64,000 bases of DNA, taken from positions 31,139 to 95,138 of the forward strand of contig CABXSY010000003.1 in NCBI GenBank assembly GCA_902514875.1, written 5' to 3'. The first letter of the stretch is position 1, and every line of letters begins with the position of its first letter. Source of the stretch: an uncultured Alphaproteobacteria bacterium. GTDB taxonomy: Bacteria > Pseudomonadota > Alphaproteobacteria > HIMB59 > GCA-002718135. Shown in pieces: positions 17,267-26,380 of the stretch. A program made the position numbers and the translations under genes. The notes below the pieces were generated by a model. That model saw nothing but the letters and a program-made list of their open reading frames with translations. It made no database searches and was not told where the DNA came from.

Positions 17267-18100
17267 ATGAGAAAAAAAATAACTGTTAAGGACTTACAAA
17301 GTTTTAAAGGTAAAAAAAAATTAGTTTGTATATTAATTAAAAACGAAGAAGAAGCATTAGCAGCTGATAAGGTTGGTTTTGAGATGCTTGCAACTGGTTT
17401 AGCAGGTAAGTACAAAAATGATGATGACCATCCTAATTTTGATCAATTAGTTAAAATGAGAGAGGCTGCTCCTACTGCATTCATGCACTGTGGCGCTCCC
17501 GACAGTTTTATACCAACAATTGATGAAGCTAAAAAATTTTCATTTAAAATATTAGAGCATGGTTTTGATATGCTTTATTGTAATACACGTTTTGATTTAA
17601 TAGGAGAATTATTCAAAGAAGGAATTCCTTGTTTAGGCCATGTTGGTCTGGTCCCACCCAAACGAACTTGGACTGGAGGATTTGTAGCAGTAGGCAAAAC
17701 AGCAAAAGAAGCTATGTGGATTTATGATCAGTGTTTAAAAATTCAAGATGCTGGAGGGGTTGCTATAGAAATGGAGTGTGTGCCATATAAAATTGCAGAG
17801 GTTATTTCAAAAAAAGTGGAACCAACAGTTATGTCAATGGGAAGTGGGTCTGGATGCGACGTGGAATACGTTTTCGGATGCGACATATTAGGAACTACGA
17901 AGGGTAAAATACCTCGACATGCAAAAAAATATAGGGATTTTCAACAAGAATTTGCAAGACTTCAAAAAGAAAGAGAGTCTGCCTTTAAAGAATTTTATGA
18001 TGATGTTCATACTGGTGCTTTTCCTGAGAAAAAAAATATTGTAGAAATTAATGAAAATGAACTAGATATATTTTTAAATAAATTAGAAAAAAGAGGATAG
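17267..18100 (+). CDS. Divergent PanB-like protein 2
   Basis: GHVGLVPP, MECVP, MGSGSGCD, PRHA; paralogue of 15420-16247. Confidence 0.8.
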   Translation: MRKKITVKDLQSFKGKKKLVCILIKNEEEALAADKVGFEMLATGLAGKYKNDDDHPNFDQLVKMREAAPTAFMHCGAPDSFIPTIDEAKKFSFKILEHGFDMLYCNTRFDLIGELFKEGIPCLGHVGLVPPKRTWTGGFVAVGKTAKEAMWIYDQCLKIQDAGGVAIEMECVPYKIAEVISKKVEPTVMSMGSGSGCDVEYVFGCDILGTTKGKIPRHAKKYRDFQQEFARLQKERESAFKEFYDDVHTGAFPEKKNIVEINENELDIFLNKLEKRG

Positions 18101-18102
18101 TT

Positions 18103-19110
18103 GTGAATAGAGACAAATTAAATGATGAAAATTATGGTACAAGAGACAAAAGAGGTCATTGGAAACCTTTTGGTACTATAAGTATAAATCCTCCTAAAGA
18201 AATTTTTTATAATCCGATAAGATTATTAAAATATTTTTTTAAGTTTCCAGGAATATTTTTTCCATGGACATTTGTTTTTGGAGCAATAACAGTAGCAACC
18301 TATCTATTTTTAACACCTTCCTTAGAAAGCATGAAGACTTTCGAAGTTGGTTGGATATCTTATATTTTTTTGAGAAATGCAGCAATTATACTTTTATGGA
18401 CAGGTTTTTTTCATCTAAGATTAAAAACACAAGGAACTTCATTTAAGTATAATCCACGACCTTTGGAAAAAAACAATTCGACATTTTTGTTCAACGATCA
18501 AACAAAAGATAATTTATTTTATACTTTTTGTAGCGCAATTCCACTTTGGACAGCTTATGAAGTAATTACGTTTTGGGCATTTGCTAATCAAATAATACCA
18601 TATGTAAGTTGGGAAGCTTACCCCATTTATTGTTGTTTTATGTTTTTCTTAGTTCCTTTTATACGTGATGCACATTTTTATTTAACTCATAGATTATTAC
18701 ATTGGGCACCACTTTATAAAATAGCTCATAAAGTACATCATCGTAACACTAATACAGGCGCTTGGTCCGGAATGTCTATGCATCCAATTGAGCACATACT
18801 ATATTTTTCTGGTATACTCATTCACTGGATTATTCCTTCACATCCTCTAGTGGCAATGTATCATGTCTTCCATGCTGGTTTGGCACCTACTCCAGGTCAT
18901 ACAGGATATGAAAAGATGACTTTTAAAAATGGTGTAACAATTCCAACTGGTGATTATATGCATTATATTCATCATAAATATTTTGAATGTAATTACTCTG
19001 GTGGAAATACAAGCTTCCTGGATAAACTAATGGGCACTTTTCATGATGGGTCTGAAGATGCAACAAAAGAAGTGATGGCTCGTATTAAAGATAAAGCTCA
19101 TTATCTTTAA
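18103..19110 (+). CDS. Sterol desaturase / fatty acid hydroxylase superfamily di-iron protein
   Basis: HFYLTHRLLH, HKVHH, HPIE, GHTG, HYIHH...NY motifs; GTG start. Confidence 0.88.
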   Translation: MNRDKLNDENYGTRDKRGHWKPFGTISINPPKEIFYNPIRLLKYFFKFPGIFFPWTFVFGAITVATYLFLTPSLESMKTFEVGWISYIFLRNAAIILLWTGFFHLRLKTQGTSFKYNPRPLEKNNSTFLFNDQTKDNLFYTFCSAIPLWTAYEVITFWAFANQIIPYVSWEAYPIYCCFMFFLVPFIRDAHFYLTHRLLHWAPLYKIAHKVHHRNTNTGAWSGMSMHPIEHILYFSGILIHWIIPSHPLVAMYHVFHAGLAPTPGHTGYEKMTFKNGVTIPTGDYMHYIHHKYFECNYSGGNTSFLDKLMGTFHDGSEDATKEVMARIKDKAHYL

Positions 19111-19154
19111 ACTTATCTTCATAAATTTTTAATTTTATTATATTGATCTTATAT

Positions 19155-20030
19155 ATGAGTAAGGTTGAAATATTTAAAGATGTAAAAAATAGCTTAGGCG
19201 AAGGCATTACATGGTCGCCACTTAATAGTTGTATATATTGGTTAGACATAATGCCAAAATCTGTTTTGTTTAAAATTGATTTAAATTCTAACAAATTAGA
19301 AACTTTTGATTTACCCGAATTTGTTACAGCGTCTTCGATAATATCTAATAATGAAATTGCTTTAGTATCAAACAATGGTGTAAACAAATTTGATTTTAAT
19401 ACCAATAGTTATGAAAGAATTATTGATGTAGAAAAAGATATTCCAACAAACAGGTCTAATGATGGTGCATCTGATGCTAATGGGAGACTTTGGTTTGGAA
19501 CAATGCAAAATAATTTTAATAAAGATGGAAGTGCTAAATCTTTAGATACTAAATCTGGGAGTTTATACTGTCTATCAGGTAATCAATTAAATATTGTTGA
19601 AAAAAATCTTGGCATACCTAATACGTTTGTATGGAGTCCAGATAATACAAAATTTTATTTTGCAGATACAATAGAAGGCTCATTACTTGAATATAAATTC
19701 AACCTAGATGAAGGTATTTTATCAGATAAAAAAATTTTTTTTAATTTTGATAGAGGTGCTCCAGATGGATCAACTATTGATAGTGATGGTTTTATTTGGA
19801 ATTGTCGTTGGGGTGGATCGTGTGTTGTAAAAATTGATCCAAAAGGCAGGGTTGATCAAATTTACGAGCTACCTGTTGAAAATGTAACAAATTGTGTTTT
19901 TGGTGGAAATGATCTCAAAACTCTATTTATTACTACTGCTAATAATTCAGATAAAAATAAATATGATGGCAGTTTATTTGCATTAAATGTAAATACCCCT
20001 GGTATTGAAGATAATAAATTTAAAATTTGA
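19155..20030 (+). CDS. SMP-30/gluconolactonase family sugar lactonase
   Basis: LGEGITW, RSNDG, IPNTFVWSPD, GAPDGS, TNCVFGG; ATG 19155 preferred over TTG 19143. Confidence 0.9.
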   Translation: MSKVEIFKDVKNSLGEGITWSPLNSCIYWLDIMPKSVLFKIDLNSNKLETFDLPEFVTASSIISNNEIALVSNNGVNKFDFNTNSYERIIDVEKDIPTNRSNDGASDANGRLWFGTMQNNFNKDGSAKSLDTKSGSLYCLSGNQLNIVEKNLGIPNTFVWSPDNTKFYFADTIEGSLLEYKFNLDEGILSDKKIFFNFDRGAPDGSTIDSDGFIWNCRWGGSCVVKIDPKGRVDQIYELPVENVTNCVFGGNDLKTLFITTANNSDKNKYDGSLFALNVNTPGIEDNKFKI

Positions 20031-20061
20031 TTTTTTACTTTAATTAGATAAGACTTTTTTG

Positions 20062-21795
20062 ATGAATAAAAAAAATAAATTTAGATCTTCTGATTGGTAT
20101 AATTCTAAATCACATAGAAGAGATACTTTTATACATAGGGGCTGGATGAGAAATCAAGGTCACCCCAATCATTTGTTTGATGGACGTCCTGTAATTGGTA
20201 TTTGTAATACTTGGTCAGAGCTAACACCTTGTAATGGTCATTTTAGGGAGATAGCAGAGTCAGTTAAAAAAGGTGTTTATGAAGCTGGCGGTTTTCCTTT
20301 GGAATTTCCAGTCTTTTCAGCAAGTGAATCCAATTTAAGACCAACAGCTATGTTGTTTAGAAATTTAGCAAGTATGGATGTTGAAGAAGCAATAAGAGGT
20401 AATCCCATTGATGGAGTCGTATTGCTAATGGGTTGTGATAAGACTACACCTTCATTGATGATGGGAGCTGCAAGTGTTGATCTTCCTACAATTGGTGTGT
20501 CAGGTGGACCAATGCTTAATGGACATCATCAAGGAGAAATAATAGGTTCTGGCACTGGCGTTTGGAAACTTGATGCAGATTTAAATGCGGGCATAATAAC
20601 AGAAGAAGATTTTATTAATGCAGAAATTTCAATGAGTAGATCTAAAGGTAATTGTATGACAATGGGGACTGCATCAACAATGGGATCAATGGTAGAAGCA
20701 TTAGGAATGTCACTACCTGGAAATGCCGCAATACCTGCGGTTGATTCAAGAAGATATGCTTTAGCCCATATGTCTGGGAAAAGAATTGTTGAAATGGTCA
20801 AGGAAGATATAACTATGTCAAAAATTGTTACAAAAAAATCATTTGAAAATGCAATTAAGGTCAATGGAGCAATAGGCGGATCAACAAATGCAGTTATCCA
20901 TTTAGCTGCAATTGCAGGTCGAATGGAAATTGATTTAGATTTAGATGATTGGAATAAATGTGGAGATGGTATTCCAACTTTAGTAAATCTACAGCCTTCA
21001 GGAAAATACTTAATGGAAGATTTTTATTATGCAGGTGGTGTTCCAGTAGTCATAAAAAGATTAATGGAAAAAAAATTAATAGATGAAAATTCAATGACTG
21101 TTAACGGAAAAACTATAGCTGAGAATAATATAAACGCTAAATGTTGGAACAATGAAGTTATAAAAGAATTTGAAAATCCGTTAACAAAAAATGGAGGAAT
21201 TAAAATTCTAAGGGGTAATATCGCTCCAAATGGGGCAATTATTAAACCCTCAGCTGCATCACCAGAATTAATGAAACATACTGGAAGAGCGGTAGTTTTT
21301 GAAAGCGTAGAAGAGTTTCATGAAAAGATTGATGATCCTAATTTAGACGTTGATGAAAATTCAATATTAGTTTTAAAAAATTGTGGACCAAAAGGCTATC
21401 CTGGTATGGCTGAAGTCGGTAATATGCGTCTTCCGCAAAAAGTTCTTAAAAAAGGTGTTAGAGATATGATTAGAATATCTGATGCAAGAATGAGTGGAAC
21501 AGCATATGGTACAGTAATACTTCATACTGCTCCAGAAGCTGCAGTCAAAGGTCCTTTAGCAGCAGTTCAAAATGGCGATGAAATAGAAGTAGATGTTGAT
21601 CAAGGCACAATGAATTTAAAAGTGGATAATGAAACAATAAAAAATCGTCTAGAAAAATATTCACCTGTTGTTCCAGAAATCACAGGTGGTTACCAAAAAA
21701 TGTATGTAGAGCATGTTATGCAAGCTGACAAAGGAGCAGATCTAGATTTTCTAATTGGGAAAAGAGGTGCTGAAGTCAAAAGACATAGCCACTAA
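20062..21795 (+). CDS. araD: IlvD/Edd family sugar-acid dehydratase, L-arabinonate dehydratase type
   Basis: CNTWSELTPCN, GCDKTTP, CMTMGTASTM, SDARMSGT, C-terminal HSH typical of L-arabinonate/D-fuconate dehydratases. Confidence 0.85.
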   Translation: MNKKNKFRSSDWYNSKSHRRDTFIHRGWMRNQGHPNHLFDGRPVIGICNTWSELTPCNGHFREIAESVKKGVYEAGGFPLEFPVFSASESNLRPTAMLFRNLASMDVEEAIRGNPIDGVVLLMGCDKTTPSLMMGAASVDLPTIGVSGGPMLNGHHQGEIIGSGTGVWKLDADLNAGIITEEDFINAEISMSRSKGNCMTMGTASTMGSMVEALGMSLPGNAAIPAVDSRRYALAHMSGKRIVEMVKEDITMSKIVTKKSFENAIKVNGAIGGSTNAVIHLAAIAGRMEIDLDLDDWNKCGDGIPTLVNLQPSGKYLMEDFYYAGGVPVVIKRLMEKKLIDENSMTVNGKTIAENNINAKCWNNEVIKEFENPLTKNGGIKILRGNIAPNGAIIKPSAASPELMKHTGRAVVFESVEEFHEKIDDPNLDVDENSILVLKNCGPKGYPGMAEVGNMRLPQKVLKKGVRDMIRISDARMSGTAYGTVILHTAPEAAVKGPLAAVQNGDEIEVDVDQGTMNLKVDNETIKNRLEKYSPVVPEITGGYQKMYVEHVMQADKGADLDFLIGKRGAEVKRHSH

Positions 21796-21798
21796 TTA

Positions 21799-22983
21799 TT
21801 ATTGATGAATTTCAAAGTTGTCTAAATATTTTTCTGTTAACCTAATTCCTAATCCATGTTCATTTTCATCTAATTCAATAAAGCCATTCTTTGCCTGCGG
21901 TTCTCCATCAAAAATATACCAAAATAATTCATTACCAATTTCAACTGGCCAAAAAGGAAAATACTCAACAATTGGAGCATTAACAGAACTCATAGAAATA
22001 TGAAAATTATGTACTTGTCCAGCATGAGGAATAACTGGTATTTGAAATGCCTCAGCTAGAGCAGAAATTTTATGTGCTTGTGTTATTCCCCCAACTCTAT
22101 TTGTATCAAATTGCACAACATCAATTGCTTTTTTCTCTAGTAATTGTCTAAAACCAAAAAGCGTATATTCATGTTCACCCCCAGAAATAGGCGTTCTACA
22201 TGATGCTTTTAAATCAGCATAACCGTCAATATCATCTGCTATAACTGGTTCTTCTAACCAACGTAGATTTTCATTGTCGATTAATCTCATCATTCTTTTT
22301 GCATATTCAAATGTCCAACCCATGTAAACATCTGCCATTATATCAACATTACCACCTACTACTGACCTTACGGTTTTAATAAGCTCAATATTTTTGTGCA
22401 TACCTTCAGCACCATCTGTTGGTCCCCAACCAAGTCTTAATTTCATAGCTTTAAAACCTTGATCTAAATAATCTTTAGCTTCTTTTGCAAGACTATCTAA
22501 TGGCTGGCTGTATAGCTTACTTGCATAACAAGGAAGTTTTGATTTAGTCTTGCCACCTAACAATTTAAATACAGGTTGCTTTGCTGACTTTCCAAGAGCA
22601 TCCCATATTGCAATATCTACAGCACTAATAGCTGTCATTCCTATACCTTTTCTTCCCCAAGCTAATGTTTGTCGATACATTTTTTGCCATATATGTTCAT
22701 AATCCCAAATACTTTCACCAATAATTGCTGGTGTTAAATAATTATCAATTACAGATTTACATGGTTCTGGAGATAATGCTGCATTACCTAAACCTATGAA
22801 ACCATCACTTGTTTCTACTTCAACAACCAACCAACTATGAAATTTATAAGTTGTCCATCTGTCGTTTGAAATATTTTCTTGATTTACAATATCAGCAGCA
22901 TTCGTACAAAAATTTTCATGAATTTTTTGAACAGGTCCTGTCCATTTATAAACTTTGGCTTTTACATTTACAATTTTACTCAC
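21799..22983 (-). CDS. Enolase (mandelate racemase) superfamily acid-sugar dehydratase, L-lyxonate/L-rhamnonate dehydratase-like
   Basis: AISAVDIAIWD, WGPTDG, DVYMGW, WLEEP, GGEHE, PHAG; N-terminal WTGP..NFCTNA recalls the L-lyxonate dehydratase subgroup. Confidence 0.8.
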   Translation of the reverse strand: MSKIVNVKAKVYKWTGPVQKIHENFCTNAADIVNQENISNDRWTTYKFHSWLVVEVETSDGFIGLGNAALSPEPCKSVIDNYLTPAIIGESIWDYEHIWQKMYRQTLAWGRKGIGMTAISAVDIAIWDALGKSAKQPVFKLLGGKTKSKLPCYASKLYSQPLDSLAKEAKDYLDQGFKAMKLRLGWGPTDGAEGMHKNIELIKTVRSVVGGNVDIMADVYMGWTFEYAKRMMRLIDNENLRWLEEPVIADDIDGYADLKASCRTPISGGEHEYTLFGFRQLLEKKAIDVVQFDTNRVGGITQAHKISALAEAFQIPVIPHAGQVHNFHISMSSVNAPIVEYFPFWPVEIGNELFWYIFDGEPQAKNGFIELDENEHGLGIRLTEKYLDNFEIHQ

Positions 22984-23032
22984 AAATCAATATTATACTA
23001 TATTATAAAAATTGAAGACATATTTTTTATTA

Positions 23033-24013
23033 CTAAGATAAAAGTCTGAGTAATAATTTCAAAGATTCTAATGTAGGATTTATATTAGCTTTATTTTTAC
23101 CCACTATATCAAAAGCGGTTCCATGTGCTGGAGTTGTAATTGGTATTGGTAAACCTCCTTGAACAGTAACGCCCTTTTCAAATCCAAATGATTTAAGCCC
23201 TGATTGTATTGCATCGTGATACATACCAACTAGACAATTATACTTTTTATTTTTATACGCTGTTATAAAAGATGTATCGCATGGTAACGGTCCATGTGTG
23301 CTAATTTTCATACGATTTGCTCTTCTTATCGCTGGAATAATTATTTTTTTTTCTTCACTTCCAAATTCTGCATGAGGATTTAATGCCTGTACTGCTATTT
23401 TAGGATTTTTTAATCCATTCATTTTTAAATATTTATTTATTAACTTTATTGGCTCAAGAATATTTTTAATAGTAATATTTTTTGCAACTTCTTTTAAAGG
23501 AATATGAGAAGTCACCCTAGCTGTCCAAAAATTATTTAATACATTAAGTTCACAGACATAACTTTTTATTTTAAATTTTTTTTTAAAATAATGAAGTTCA
23601 TCTTTAACTTTCATTCCTGCAAGTTCTAAACTTGTTTTATTAAATGGAGCAAAATTTATTCCATCTATTTTTTTTTTATTAAATAAATCGACTGCCAAAT
23701 TGATAGAATTTAAAACAGAAATTCCTGATTTTTTATTCGCTTTTCCAATAGGGAATTTTGTTTTTTGTTTAGTAATATCAAAGAAAATCTTATTAGTATT
23801 ATCAAATTCTATTTGATTAATATTACGTATATATTTGATAGATTTGCTAACTTTTTGTTTTGCTATATATTTATCAAATATAGATTTTTCTCCAATAATT
23901 ATAATATTTATCTTTTTCAAAATATTGTGAGATAAAATTTTAGAAATTAACTCACCGCCAATACCAGATGGATCACCCATAAGAATAGCAATAATTTTTT
24001 TTCTATTTTTCAT
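23033..24013 (-). CDS. PdxA-family dehydrogenase (4-hydroxythreonine-4-phosphate dehydrogenase-like paralogue)
   Basis: MGDPSGIG, TSHIPL, LNPH, MYHD, HGTAFDI. Confidence 0.85.
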   Translation of the reverse strand: MKNRKKIIAILMGDPSGIGGELISKILSHNILKKINIIIIGEKSIFDKYIAKQKVSKSIKYIRNINQIEFDNTNKIFFDITKQKTKFPIGKANKKSGISVLNSINLAVDLFNKKKIDGINFAPFNKTSLELAGMKVKDELHYFKKKFKIKSYVCELNVLNNFWTARVTSHIPLKEVAKNITIKNILEPIKLINKYLKMNGLKNPKIAVQALNPHAEFGSEEKKIIIPAIRRANRMKISTHGPLPCDTSFITAYKNKKYNCLVGMYHDAIQSGLKSFGFEKGVTVQGGLPIPITTPAHGTAFDIVGKNKANINPTLESLKLLLRLLS

Positions 24014-24921
24014 TAAACTCTATAAAATTTTTCTGCATTTTCTGAGAAAACTTTATTAAGTTCATTTTGTGATAAATTTTTAGTTATTTCAAAATATGAA
24101 TGCCAATAGTTATCAAAAGTATTAAAAATTTTATCTACTGGAAAATTTGATCCAAACATGCACCTATTAATACCAAAAATTTCAATTGTCTTAAGAACAA
24201 AATATTTGGTAGAAGTAACAGTCCAATTAGCGTTAAACATTCCTAAACCAGATATTTTACAAACAAAATTATCATTTTCTGCTAGAGATTTCATTTCCCT
24301 CATCCAATATTCCTTATACTCTTCTGTTTGAAAACAAGGTTCACCAGTATGATTTAATATAAATAAAACATTTGAATACCTTTTTGCTAATTTAGAGGCA
24401 TCATCAAATTGATGAGGATATATCTGTATATCAAAAGATAATTCTCTATTACTGATATGTTTAAAGTTTTCTATCCATAACTCATCTTTTAAATAATCCT
24501 TTTTTGCATGAGAATATTGAGGCCTATCTCTATCAAATGACAAAATTTGCCGAATTCCTCGCACGTTCTTATAATCTAGATGCTGATCAAGAATATCACT
24601 AACCTTTTCTTTTGAAAAATCAGCAAATGCCACAATTCCATTTGGAATTTTTAAGTTATTATTATCAGAAATATTCTGCAACCATTTTGTTTCTTCTATT
24701 GGATTACTATCATCATGTTCAGCTTGAACATGAATAGATTTTATGAGATTTAAATTTTTAGCATCATTTAAATAATCATCTAATAAATAATTTTTTTTAA
24801 TACTTTTAAAATTTCCAAAAAAAGCTTTTTCTTCATTACCACTTAACCAATGATAATGCGTTTCATTAGAATTAAGATCCCATAAATGGTGATGTGAATC
24901 AACAATAGCTATTTTTTGCAT
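24013..24921 (-). CDS. Amidohydrolase_2 family sugar lactonase (L-rhamnono-/L-fucono-lactonase-like)
   Basis: DSHHHLWD, ILNHTG, CKISG, MFGSNFPVD. Confidence 0.85.
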   Translation of the reverse strand: MQKIAIVDSHHHLWDLNSNETHYHWLSGNEEKAFFGNFKSIKKNYLLDDYLNDAKNLNLIKSIHVQAEHDDSNPIEETKWLQNISDNNNLKIPNGIVAFADFSKEKVSDILDQHLDYKNVRGIRQILSFDRDRPQYSHAKKDYLKDELWIENFKHISNRELSFDIQIYPHQFDDASKLAKRYSNVLFILNHTGEPCFQTEEYKEYWMREMKSLAENDNFVCKISGLGMFNANWTVTSTKYFVLKTIEIFGINRCMFGSNFPVDKIFNTFDNYWHSYFEITKNLSQNELNKVFSENAEKFYRV

Positions 24922-24997
24922 TTATTTTTTTATAAAATTGAATTTTTCCTATAAGTTTATAAAATTAATACAAATATATTATTTGAAAAGAGGTTTT

Positions 24998-25309
24998 ATG
25001 AACTATGCATGGATTCTGGAGATTCAGCCAGGATATGAGGAAGAATATAAAAAAAGACATGATGAAATTTGGCCAGAAATGGTTCAAATGCTTAAAGAAG
25101 CTGGATTACGAAATTATAATATTTTTAGATATGGATTAAAATTATTTGGATATTTTGAAACTGATGATCTAAAAAAATCCATTAACTTTATTTCTAAAAG
25201 TGAAATTAATAAAAAATGGTCTGAATATATGGAGCCCATTATGAAAGTAGATATTGATCTAAAAACAAACTTTCCATATTTGTTACCTTTACAAATGCAT
25301 TTAGATTAA
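24998..25309 (+). CDS. rhaM: L-rhamnose mutarotase
   Basis: EEYKKRHDEIWPE, NYNIF, LFGY; ATG 24998 after AGAGG. Confidence 0.88.
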   Translation: MNYAWILEIQPGYEEEYKKRHDEIWPEMVQMLKEAGLRNYNIFRYGLKLFGYFETDDLKKSINFISKSEINKKWSEYMEPIMKVDIDLKTNFPYLLPLQMHLD

Positions 25310-25318
25310 AGATTAATA

Positions 25319-26374
25319 ATGAGTAAAGTAAGAATTGGAGTCATAGGAGCAGGTTGGTGGGCAACAGAAAATCATATTCCACATTTAGCAGAAAGAAAAG
25401 AAGTTGAGTTAACAAGTGTATGTAAACTTGAAGAAGATCAATTAAAATTTGTTAGGGAGAAATTTGGTTTTAAATTTGCATCAACAAATTATAGAGAAAT
25501 GCTTCAATTATCAGAATTAGATGGTGTAATAATTTCTTCTCCACATCACGCCCATTTTGAAAATGCCAAAGCTGCTCTTGAAAAAAATTGTCATGTAATG
25601 ATTGAAAAACCTATGACAACAAATGTACAAGATTCTGAAATTTTAATTCAACTGGCAAAAAAAAATAATAAACAAATTTTAATTCCAAATGGGTTTAATT
25701 TTAAATCTTTTATGTCAAAAGCAGAAGAAATAATTACTAATGGTGTAATCGGTGAAATTAAGCACTTAGACGCAGCTTTTTCTTCTTCTTTAACTGATTT
25801 ATTTCAAGGAGTTCCATTGAGTGAATCAAATAATCACACTTTTCAACCCCATGCATCAACTTGGTCTGATCCTGAAAAAGCTGGTGGCTATGGTTGGGGA
25901 CAATTATCTCATATGTTCGCCGGAGTATTAAAAATTACTAATCTCGATCCAGAATGTATATTTTGTCTTTCTGTTCCTTCACCAACAAAAGTGGATTATA
26001 CCAATGCAATATCAATGAAATTTACTAATGGCGCAACTGGATCATTTTCCGGCAGTGCTTATGTACCTAAAGATTTTGGAGGAACTTTTTATATTACAGT
26101 TCATGGAACTTTGGGTACTTTATATTTAGACATGGAAATAAAAAGAGAAAGACTATTTGTAAGACTCAATAATGGAAGTAACATCGAACACAAAATTAAA
26201 GAGGCTGATGGCACCTATTCTTATGGCACTAAAGAAGCATTAAATACTTTTATAGATATATGTTTAAATAAAAATGTAGAAAATCACTCTAATGGTGATC
26301 TTGCTCTAAAAACTGTAAGAATACTTGAAGCTATGTATAAATCTTTGAAAAGTGAAAAATTAGAACAAATATAA
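25319..26374 (+). CDS. Gfo/Idh/MocA family oxidoreductase
   Basis: GVIGAGWWA, SPHHAH, IEKP. Confidence 0.9.
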   Translation: MSKVRIGVIGAGWWATENHIPHLAERKEVELTSVCKLEEDQLKFVREKFGFKFASTNYREMLQLSELDGVIISSPHHAHFENAKAALEKNCHVMIEKPMTTNVQDSEILIQLAKKNNKQILIPNGFNFKSFMSKAEEIITNGVIGEIKHLDAAFSSSLTDLFQGVPLSESNNHTFQPHASTWSDPEKAGGYGWGQLSHMFAGVLKITNLDPECIFCLSVPSPTKVDYTNAISMKFTNGATGSFSGSAYVPKDFGGTFYITVHGTLGTLYLDMEIKRERLFVRLNNGSNIEHKIKEADGTYSYGTKEALNTFIDICLNKNVENHSNGDLALKTVRILEAMYKSLKSEKLEQI

Positions 26375-26380
26375 TTATTT

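Noticed and set aside
15420-18100. Calling these genes canonical panB for pantothenate synthesis
   Set aside because: Mg2+-binding Asp/Glu motifs are missing, there are two copies, no panC is nearby and the context is catabolic
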